From assembly GCA_965249485.1 (NCBI GenBank), contig OZ252239.1, positions 1,088,001 through 1,152,000 on the forward strand: a DNA stretch of 64,000 nucleotides, in the 5' to 3' direction. Below, one piece after another: positions 53,071 to 64,000 of this stretch (its first letter is position 1; every line of letters starts with the position of its first letter). The notes under the pieces were generated by a model that was given only the letters and a program-made list of their open reading frames with translations, did no database searches and was not told the origin of the DNA. Both the position numbers and the translations under genes were made by a program. This stretch comes from a bacterium. GTDB taxonomy: Bacteria; SM23-31.

Positions 53071-53229
53071 ACATCGATTGAATAAAATCGTTATATTGCC
53101 GATGCATCTCTGAAGTGTATCATGAATTAATTGTATCAAAACCATTTATGATATGTGTCTTAAATGCAGTGTTAAGGTTCATTATGACAAACAATCAGCT
53201 TTCGAACATATAAATTCCTGGAGCAAACC

Positions 53230-56200
53230 ATGAAAAAATCAATACAGCTTTTTAGTATTTTAGCAATCATCGTAATTTTAGTCCCGGGTTTAGCTTTCGG
53301 ACAGACTCCTGTTCTGACTGTCCCGCAGCCCGACTTAAATTTTGGATCTCAACCTTTAAATCAACAATCTCCACCAATCAGTTTTGAGATTAAAAATACC
53401 GGGGATGCCGACCTTAATGTCACTTCTATGGTGATAAACGGGGTAGACCCTGCTTCTTTTTCCATTTCACAGACTTCTGCCGGGCCAATAGCACCTAATA
53501 ACAGCTTTTTTGTTGATGCGTTTTTTACACCAACGCGAGTAGGTGATCATTCTGCGAACGTCGATATTACAAGCGACGGTGGTTTCTTTCCTCTGCCACT
53601 TTTTGGATTCGGTGATGACGGAGGTGGCGGAGGTGGTGGCAGTGGTCCGCCGATATTCGGTGGTGGGTTCTTTGATAAAGGTGGTGTGACCCAGGTTGAG
53701 ATTTTTGGTTTTGAAATTCCGAACGATCTCGAAAGCGTCACCGTCGGGACTCATGATGTAACAGGGATTTCTGTAGTCCCGGATCCGGAATCATCCGATC
53801 CGAATGGTGTCATTATCAAGGGAGCAACTTCCGCACTTATTTCGACAATACTACCTGGCTTATTTGATGTCAACATTACTTCGACTTCATTAGGTGATCT
53901 TTCTTTTCCGCAGTTAAATTTTGAAGTCCACACTGGCCCGCCGGCAGGTGGAGGAATATTCGGATCTTTTAAAGATGACGGTGCCAGTGGTATCTCCGTT
54001 CATATCGGCGGTCCGGATGTCCCCAGTACGTTACCGGGAATTGTAACCGTTGGCGTGAATCAGGTTATCAATTTTAGTCATTTTGAGGACTTGCCCGATT
54101 TTCCGGGAGAGTTTATTATCGAAGGGACGATTGCACTTCCGATCGCAAGTTTCCCTGAAGGCCCTTATGATGTTGTGATTGATGCTTTGTCATTTCCAGG
54201 GGTCTTTTTCGGTATCGATACTGGCCCGCCGCCTCCGGCAGGTGCCGATCTTCTCATCGAGCCGCAGATACTCACTTTCGGCTCGGCGGCAGCTCCGATA
54301 GAAACGGGTCTTTCATCAACAGGATCATTTACAGTGACGAATAACGGTGGTAGTCCGGTTGATGTTACGTTTACTGTTCAGGGACCTCCCGAAGACTTTT
54401 CAATCAGCACGACGTCTTTACCACAGTTAGCTCAAGGGGCACAGGAATCAGTTACGGTAACGTTTTCTCCTCAATTTGCTGATCCTACGGGCCAGGCAAC
54501 TTCTGGTTTTGTGGAGATAATTGTCGATGGACAACAATTCGGTGGTGTGGAATTGCAGGGTTTTGCTCTTCAGGGTCCTGAAATTTTTGATGGTGTAATC
54601 TTTGGTAAAACGGGTCAAAATGTAACTGTTGTGGAAATATCCGGAGTGAATTTACCGACTCCAGCTGTAGGATCGACAATATCTGTCGGTACCCATACGG
54701 TTTCCGTTACCAGAGCAGGTCCTAATCCTGATCACCCGGAGGATACTGAGATCGTCGGGACAGTAAGTGCAGATATTTCGACGTTCACCACTGACAAGCA
54801 GACACTGAATGTCACAATCGGGGCAGATACATTCGCGAGTGTTGAGTTTGATATTTTTAAGGCGGGGGATGTCCCTCAGGTGATCGCCGGAGATATTAAA
54901 GAAGTCAGTACTGGAATAACAGAAATCGAACTCTTTGGCGCAAATATTCCTTCAACGACGGCAGATTTCACATCTGTTACGGTAGGTGGATTTCCGGTTA
55001 CTGGTGTTGCTGTCACGATTGATGCTGAATTTGAAACAGTCGCCGGCATTGTGATCATTGAAATATTAGGAACCATATCGCAGGATCTTTCTGCATTTGC
55101 GACCGCCGATCAAGAAGAGGTTACACTTGATATTGTACTCACGGCTGCGGCTCTTCCCGGTGGAAGTTTAACGGAAACCGGAGTTAGAATTTTCCTTGAT
55201 CATTTTGACGGTGATCCCGGACCAGGTCCCGGACCCGAACCCACAGTTTTTAATATTCATAGCGGGGATTTCTTTGATGCAGGTGCAGGAAATGTGACAG
55301 TAAAATTATTTAGCACTAATTTTCCAGCGGATATTATAACGTCTACCATAACGATTTCCGGAACCGGTATTACTGCCGGCAGTTCTGTTGTAACCGGTGT
55401 CACCGGACCGTCTCCCGATCCAAATGACACATCCGGCGGAGGGGAATTCATCGAAGGCACCATAGTAGCAGATTTTGCTTCACTGATAGAAGGTGATTAC
55501 GCGGTCGATGTTACCAATTCTGCCGAAGGACCGTTTAATTTTCCCAATGTATTATTTTTCCCCGGTGGTCCGGGGGGGAACCGGGAGGCGATCTTTTTCT
55601 TGGCGGTATACTCTTTAGTGAATCCGGAGTTGCCGGTATCGTCGATCTAACGATTTTCGGTGGCGGATTTGACCAGCTTACGGCAGCGTTCTCTATTTCA
55701 GTAGCTACCGGTGAAAGACAAACCGGAACGGTGTATCCCGTTTCAAGTCCCGTATTTGTGTTAGGTGATGCAACATCTCCCGATAGAATTGAAGAGAAAA
55801 TTGACGCAAATAGTGCTGATTTGAGCTTAGATAGTTACTTTGTGCAGTTGACAGATTGTGCTGAGATATTAGAACAGCTTGTTTTTGTTGAGGATGACGG
55901 CGGTAGTTCAGGCACCGATCCGTTCATCTTCAACGGTTTTATTCATCCGTCCGATGACAATCTGCAGACTGAGATCGAGCTCTTTGGACAGAATCTTGTC
56001 AGTTTCGTCAGTGCAAGCGACGTTATCGAGCTGTCACAAGTGGAGGATCCATATTGTTGTCGAATTTGCATTCGCCGTTACCGATGTTACAGTTGATAAT
56101 GCGGGTTATGACCAGATTATCGGTTTCCTTGGGACCACTATTGAAACAATCCCATTCGGTGACTATTTCGGCAGGATCATCATCAGTACCGATACCCTTA

Positions 56201-59200
56201 CATTCAATATTTTACACGAAGCTCCGCCGCCAAGTAATCACCAGGTGTTTATCGGATTTTTCGGATCGGATGAACCCGGATTTGCTCATGTGAACATTCA
56301 CGGAGCCCTTTTACCGTTAGATTTATCCCAGATAACAATATCTGACGCTACCGGATTTTCGATCACCCTTACATTAGCAGATTTTACTGTCGAAACTGAT
56401 CCAACAGCACCGAATAGCGTGATAATTGAAGGGCGCTATCCGGTCGATTTTACAACACTTGCTGCCGGGAACTATACTGTTGTACTGACTTCCGGTGCAG
56501 CGGGTGTGCTGACTTTCTCTGATGTTCCCTTTGATGTGGAGACCGGCACCGGTGGTACAGACGGTTACTTTATTGAACGTTTCGCGATCTTCGAGTCCAA
56601 CCAGGTTACGGAATTTGTGATGGCTGGAGACAATTTCGAAAGTATTGATCAAACGCAATTCGAGCTTATCCTGGCGAACGATGCAGCTTTTGCAGGAACC
56701 ACCTATCCGGTAACAGGTCTCACGTTTGAGTTTAATGACAGAGTTCCGGACGAGATACATGGTATTGTAAATGCTCCGGCATCAACCTTTATTTCAGGAC
56801 AAACGTTTCTAAAGATCATAGATAGGGGTTCTGAAAATGTTAATATAGTCTTCTTCTCGGAATCGCCGTCCGGTATTGAAGTGCATGATATCCAGATAGA
56901 GCAAAGTGGTGATCGAACCGATAGAAGCAAGATCGATATATTCGGTTTCGGATTTTTCGGTGTTCCAATTGTCAACATACAAATTTCAAATGATGCTACG
57001 TTTGCTACCAACGTTCACAATATCGTAAATGTTGCCGTAGAAAGTGAAGGCAATATTCGTGGTTTTATTGAAGCAGATGCATTTAGTTTTGCCCCCGGCA
57101 CGTATTATCTGAGGTTCTTAACACCCGAAGGTGAGTTTATCATCGATGTTATTTTCGAAGGTCCTGAAGTCAAACTCCTCGGTATAACCATGGTAGCCGG
57201 CGCTAATGCCAGTGAAACGACACTGCAGGTTACCGGTAAAGGACTGACTACGGTGAACTTTGATTCACTTATTATCAGTGTGTCTCAAGATCCTGCTTTT
57301 GCAGCAGGAAGCGATATATATGTTGCTGAGAATATTGTGGTAACAACCAATCCTGACGGCACAGACCAGGCCTCCGGAACAATGACCGTTGATTTTGCCA
57401 GCCTTGCAGCGGGATCCTATTTCATGCGGGTTGTTGATCTGGATCCTGAGGAAGAAACCGAATTATTCCCATTCTTCTTTGGTACTGCGACCAGTACTGG
57501 ATTAGTTGAAGACATTGCAGTGTTCCCGAGCGCAGCTGGCGGTATGGAAGTCAATATGATCATTAAGGATTTTGTGACAACTGATATTGTTTCCTTCGAA
57601 CTCTCTAATGACCTGACGTTTACCAGGTCGGACAGCGTCTTTCTGGTCCTCAATCCGGTGTTTACGCCTGATCCTTTAGGATTCGAGATCGTTAATGCAA
57701 GGATCGACGCTCCATTCTCACGGATCCTTGATGCTGATTACTATGTGAGGGTTACCCTTACGGACAACAGTCAATTGCTATTTGGCCCATTCAGATTCGG
57801 TGTCGGTACGGTCGATCTGCCGCCGCCGGTATTCTTTGAATTCCCACGGGTTATCGATGGCGATTCCGTGTCGGTAACGATCGGCTGGGTGACCGATAAG
57901 CCGGCTACCAGTGAAGTCGAATACAATACTGCTGTGGATTTTAACGGCAATAATTTTGTGGAAAGTGACCCAACTCTGACCGATGTACACATTGTTGAGA
58001 TCACCGGTCTGACACCGCGTACCGATTACATCTATTTCGTCAAATCAACCGACGAAAACAATCAGTCACTCTTTTCACCAAAGCTGAATTTCAATACAAA
58101 CGTCGTCACAGATGATGAACCTCCAGTAATTTTCGACATTCCGCGCGTTTTCGGTGTTACCCGTACGTCGGCAACGATCGGCTGGCTGACCAATGAACGC
58201 TCTACCAGTCTCGTAGAATACAATACCCAGACACAATGGGATCTCGGCATCAGGCTTACGGCAGAAGTTGCTGGACTGGTCCGCGAACACAGAGTGCCAC
58301 TTGCCGATCTTATCCCCGGTGAAACCTATGTACTCCGAGTCAGCTCTACTGACCGGTTTGACAATGAACCGGCGGTAAGTCCGGAAAGGACTTTTACGAC
58401 GCTCTTAGTTGCTGATGAAGAATCGCCGCTCATTCTCGGATTCCCGTTCGGTCAGCCTCTCGATATAACGGTTGTCGAGATCATCTGGCAGACCAACGAA
58501 GCTGCCGACAGCCGCGTTGAGTACTATGAACGTGGTGACAATACCGGTGTCCGCGTGAAAGAAGATGATGCGGATGTTTTCGACCACAGCATCATTATTT
58601 CCGGACTGACACCGGGTCTGACCTATGAGGCTCGCGTCTCATCAACTGACCCTTCAGACAATGGCACTAGGAGCGAACTGTTCAGCTGGACAATGCCTCT
58701 GACTTTAAGCAGCGAACCGCCGTTCTTCGTAGTCCAGCCTGAAGCGCGCAGTACGGATCTGGGTAAGGTGACGGTCAGGTGGGAATCGAACACACCGTCA
58801 AATACCATTATCTCATATAATACTGAAGAATTGTATAATCAGGAAATATTCCTGTTCTTTGAAGACCCGGCATTTGTTTTAGAACACCGTGCTGTGTTTG
58901 AAGGTTTACTGCCCAACACGAACTATAAACTTCAGGCACAAATGTGGGACAGCAGGGGTATCGGGTCTGCACTCAGCCAGGTCATCGAATTCAGGACATC
59001 AGGTACAGCCGATGATGCTGCACCTGCACTCAGAGGTTTTCCGGGTATTGTTGAATCCAGCCCTACCACTGTCGTTTTAGGCTGGCTGACCGATGAACCT
59101 TCAACGTCCATAGTCTCCTTTGCGCCGACAGACGGTTTTCCGGCTGGTCTGGTCCGTTTTGAAGATCCGGCGCCCGTGCTCGACGTTCGGCACTTCGTGT

Positions 59201-62200
59201 TCCTGAGCGGGTTAACGCCGGGTACAGCATATACCTACACACTCGAATCTGCTGATGCCGCCGGTAACACGGCAACGTTTGAAGGACCTGCGGGACAACC
59301 GTATACCTTCACTACACGGGGTTCGGACGATAATGAACCTCCTATCATATGGGGATTCCCGAGAGTTGTTGGTGTTGACACAAGCAAAGCAACGGTAGAG
59401 TGGATAACGAATGAGTTCTCCACGAGTATTGTTCAGTATAACACACCTGAAGCATTAGCCGCAGGTGATACCCTCGTTGCTGAAAAATTTAATTTTGTAG
59501 ACTTTCATTCGGTTACACTCACAGGTCTGACCAAGAACACGCCGTATTTTTACAGGGTTGGTTCAACCGACAGAAACAACAATGGCCCGACCTTCAGTCC
59601 TGTCCAGGAATTCAGGACGGCCGGCGAGTCGGACAATACACCGCCGTTCATTAAGGGATTCCCGGGTGTGAACGTAGTCGATCCTACATCGGCGATATTC
59701 TTCTGGGAAACCGATGAAGCATCAAACAGCGTCGTGAATTACCGGCCGCTTGATGAAACCGGTGTTGGTATCGGCGATTTCCTCTTTGTGCCTGACCAGG
59801 TACTCACGCGCTTCCATACGGTTTTTGTTCCGGGCCTGACGCCTGGTACGAATTATGAATTCTTTGTATCTTCGGCCGACGCAAACAACAACGGCACGTC
59901 GAGCGGAATTTCCACGTTTACCACGCGGACTGATGCAGACGCCGATGCACCACGATTTTTTGCCTGGCCGTCTGTTGAAGTATTCAGTACAACTGAAGCC
60001 AGGGTATTTTTTGAAACGGATGAACCGGCAACAACCACGATAGAATATAATGAGACAAGCCTGTTCGATGTCGGCATATTCCTCGTTTTTGATGACCTGA
60101 ACCTGCTGCCGTTGCACGATGTCGTGCTTTCCGGTCTTACCGCCGGAACACGGTACAAACTGCGTATTTCGACGACGGACGGCCAGAACAATGGTCCTAC
60201 GGTAAGTCGTACACTGGAGTTCGCGACTTCAAACGTTGAAGATAACCAGCCGCCGGGATTTACGTCTGTACCGCAGCCCGTTGTCAGGGACACCAACCTG
60301 GTCGTTATCGGATGGAGTACTGACGAGATCGCGACGAGCGCAGTTATCTATGCGAGAGCAGAGGACTACGATACTGAAAACCTCAGGCGCCGCGCTGAAG
60401 GCGGTGCGGAAGGAACCGATCACCTGGTCACGGTTACCGGTCTGGAAAAGAATAAATCGTATAGATACCAGATCGAATCAAAAGACAGCAGGGGCAATGT
60501 CCGCGTCGGTACCTGCGTCTTTGATTTCAAAACGACGAATGTTGTGGATACGAGGGCGCCGGTTATCGAGATCGGTCCCACGCCGCTCGAACGGGGTCCT
60601 GACAGAGTCGTCATTGCCTGGAAAACCGACGAACCGGGCAAGAGTATCGTTGAGATAGCGCTCGAAGCGGATTTCCCGACTGAAACACTCAGGAGAAGAG
60701 TTGAACGGTCCGACCTGGCTGATGGCCATTTTGTGGAAATCGATAAGCTCACGGCGAACACGCAATACTTCTACCGTGTCGGCTCCATAGACTCGAGAAA
60801 CAACGGACCGGACTGGTCTGACGTACGAGATGTCAGCACCACCGCCGTCGAGGATAACACACCACCGGTGATACGCGGAAATCCTGATTTCAGGCCTGTT
60901 GACGAAACATCAATGGTTATAAACTGGTTCACGAATAAACAGGCAAACAGCAGGGTTGACTTCTGGCCGAACTCCGATCCGTCGGCAGTAGACCATTAGG
61001 GAACTCTCCGACTTCGTTAGAGAACACGAGGTGCAGTTGAAAGACCTCACCTCGGGTACTGCTTACAGTTTTGGAGTAGTCTCGGCCGACAATAATGACA
61101 GAACGGCGGAAAAAGGTATATTTACCTTCACAACTCCGGCAGGTGCGGATGTGACACCACCTACTTTCGACGAATTCCCCAGGACGCAGAATGTCGATAC
61201 GTCGTCGTTCACCATCGGCTGGAAGACAAATGAACGGGCAACGTCAGAGGTCCTAGTTGTATGCGGTTGCCACACCAGCGGATACGCAGTTTTTCGGAGG
61301 AGGAGATTTTTCAATACCGCACACCGTGTTTGCCGGCGGTCTTACGTCAGCTACGGACTACATGGTACGAACATCATCCAGTGACCCGGCAGGCAATGGC
61401 CCGACGTTCAGTCCATGGTTCCCGCTCAGGACAAGAGCTGCGAAAGACAGGGAAGCTGCCCGTATCCTTGGCGGAATCAAAGAAGCTGACCTGAGAGATA
61501 CGAGTGTCAGGATAAAGTTTATCTCGAGTGAACCGGCTACCTTTGAGATCGAATACGGCCTGACTGAAGGCTGGCCGAATAATAAACTGTTTGATAACGG
61601 TACTACGTTTGAACAGGAGCACGAAATTCCGCTCGCGAGTCTGCAGCCCGATACCTCGTTTAACTACTGGGTCAGGCTGACCGACGAGGCTGGTAACCAG
61701 TCAGCTTTCTTTGATTTGCAAACATTCCGTACGAGAGCCGCACCGGATGAGACACCGCCGCGGATCTTCGGACTGGTCGATGTCGGTGACAAATCAGAAA
61801 CCGGCGTTACGGTCAAATGGCGCACCAATGAAAATGCGAACAGTATTGTCACGTATGCAAAATCGGTAGACTGGCCTAACGATTCAACAGTCGTACCTGA
61901 CCAGGCACTTGTCACCGAGCACTTTGTCAAGTTAACCGGCCTTGAGACAGCGACAGAATATACCTATTGCAATCGAGTCAACAGACGGGCAGGACAACGG
62001 GCCCACGATTGGCCCCGTGAACCTTTTCACCACCCTTGCCGCGCCCGATAATACGCCGCCGGTCATCCAGGGTATTCCGACAGAAAGAGGGCTCGATACG
62101 ACGTTCGTGACCATTGTCTGGGGTACCGACGAGCCGACGACGGGCCGTATCGAGATACGTGAAAAGGATAATCCGACCAACTTGTACAGTGAACTCGATG

Positions 62201-64000
62201 GTGATGTGGAACGGAGACATGGAGTCGATATCACAGGACTGACACCGGGAACGACCTACGAGTACAAGGTAAGCTCGAGCGATGCCAGGGGTAATGGACC
62301 TACCGAAAGTGCGTTCCAGGAATTCACCACACTGACTACTCCCGATAACACGCCGCCAAGCATCGTGGGAGATCCCATCGTTACGACAACGGAGAACAGC
62401 GCAACGATCACGTTCAAAACGAACGAAGTCTCGTATGTGTCTATACCGTATGATAGTATAGACAGTTTTAGTAATAATTTTCCTAGTGGAACTAGTGACG
62501 GTGGTGCTACCGAACACAGTATAACACTGACCGATCTTACTGCAAATACCCGTTTCTTTTATAAATTAAATTTTACTGACAGTAAGCAAAATTCAAGTTC
62601 CTTCCCGGACGACGGAAGTAACCTAGAATTCCGCACGAAACGGGCAGAAGATCCTGCTCTCCTGGTGGCACCGAAACGTACCGCAGGCCCGAGAGAAGTC
62701 GATATTACAACAAATTCGGCAACCATCGAGTGGCGGACGGATCAGCCCTCGAATTCGCGGGCTGACGTATTTGTTGATAAAGCTCTGGAGAGAGTCTTAT
62801 TGAAGACGGTTGAGCAGGATAACGACGAACTTACTACCGATCACCGTGTCCAGCTTACAAATCTGGGGGCCGATACGACCTATTTCTACGAGATCAGGTC
62901 AAAGAACCAGAATAGTGTTGAGCTTGTTGATGATAACAACAGTTTGCGTTATAGCTTCACTACGCGTGCGGCTGTTGATAACGCAGCAGCGAAGATTACA
63001 GAACGTCCTAATGCCGAATCGATAACAACCAACAGTGCGACGATCGTCTGGAAGACTGATAAGCGGTCGTCGAGTAAGGTTGACTTCGGAACGGTCCAGG
63101 GTACGCTCGACAGATCGGTCAAAGCTGATGAAGTTGATGGTGTTGAAGACCACAAGATCCCATTGACCGAACTGCTTCCGGATACGACCTATTTTTACAC
63201 GGTATCGTCGACGAGGAGCAACGGCCAGACGGTCACTGGTGAAGTTAAAACGATTCAGAACCGAAGGTGCACCCGACAACACACCGCCGAAGATCGAAAC
63301 CGGGCCTGATCCGACCACCGTAGGAACGACATCGGCAACCATTGAATGGGTAACCGATGAGCTTTCGACGAGTACGGTGCAATTTGCTCAGGCGTCCGAA
63401 AGTGCGTGGCGCAGAAAGAGGAATTTAGCCGGCTCTGTGTTTGACAATCTTGTCAGCCAGAATGATCCTGTGATAGTAATTGTCGACATCGCTGAAGATG
63501 CGCAGGGTGTCCTAAACCACAAGGCTGTAATAACCCTGGGGGAAGATAAACCTTATTTCTTCAGAGTAATTTCAAAAGACCTCAGCCCTGCGAGAAACAC
63601 GGTAACGAGCAGGATCAAACTCTTCAGGACAAAAATAACGCCCGATGTAACACCGCCCAAACTTACTGAAGGACCGGATGCGAATCTGTCAGGTCTGTTT
63701 GGTATCGTGAGCTGGCAAACCGATGAACAGGCTATCGGATCCGTATCCATCCGTCCAAAGGGTACTACGGGTAACTTCGAAAAAACTTCCGGCGGCCTTA
63801 TAGCGACCAGGTTCCATACGATCATCCTCACGTCCCTGGATCTGGGTACCGAATACGAATTCTTCCTGGAATGGAGGGACGAAGCAGGGAATACAGGCCG
63901 GTGGGATCCTCCTGATCCAAATGCAGCCGCCAAGGGGAATCAGCCTCCGGGTGGCGGCGGCTTCTTCTTCACGAGCCCGACCCCCGATTCCCAGCAGCCG
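53230..64000 (+). CDS. Giant secreted Ig/Fn3-repeat surface protein (>3,500 aa, 3' end outside the window), split by six apparent frameshifts
   Basis: Signal peptide; two ASH/choice-of-anchor-D-like Ig domains; ~12 IPT-like units; 20 Fn3-like repeats (W.T(D/N)E...S.V.Y...H.V.L.GL.P.T.Y); domains continue across shifts near 55575, 56051, 60990, 61257, 61967 and 63253. Confidence 0.85.

Noticed and set aside
55570..63260. Programmed ribosomal frameshifting in the giant gene
   Set aside because: Six shifts, mostly +1 insertions without slippery heptamers, are better explained by sequencing error.
57800..64000. CRISPR array, DNA tandem repeat or DGR in the repeat region
   Set aside because: Repetition is only at protein level; there are no identical nucleotide repeats, spacers or reverse transcriptase.

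Overview
Bacterial chromosomal window, mostly core and cell-envelope genes. Canonical TTGACA-N17-TATAAT-type promoters and Shine-Dalgarno sites alongside type IX secretion (T9SS) genes suggest a non-Bacteroidia, deep-branching FCB-group organism (KSB1/Calditrichota-like; inference). Left to right: (1) GH29 fucosidase and Tat sulfatase beside the 3' end of tRNA-Leu(TAG); (2) a module of outer-membrane barrel, cupredoxin, histidine kinase, receiver and a PEP-synthase-like ATP-grasp protein; (3) purE, PfkB kinase, lipoprotein, rmlD, two GT2s, accA; (4) an ~18 kb T9SS attachment-type cluster (GT-C, PorZ-like, TolB-like propeller, PorU, PorV, degenerate M6 protease, zinc-peptidase/propeller/Omp85 fusion, two DUF5683-like proteins) and an alginate-export-type porin; (5) SRAP, sppA, amidohydrolase, queC, KH protein, tRNA-Lys(TTT), purA, a CDP-alcohol transferase/HAD pair, a YjfB-like small protein, cobO, an oxidoreductase, polA; (6) a giant (>3,500 aa, runs off the window) Ig/Fn3-repeat surface protein. 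Non-coding signals include sigma28- and sigma54-type promoters at porU and porV, terminator-containing leaders before porU and purA, and tandem CRP boxes before the giant gene. About ten single-base frameshifts look like sequencing or assembly errors. No CRISPR array, rRNA, transposase or prophage was seen.
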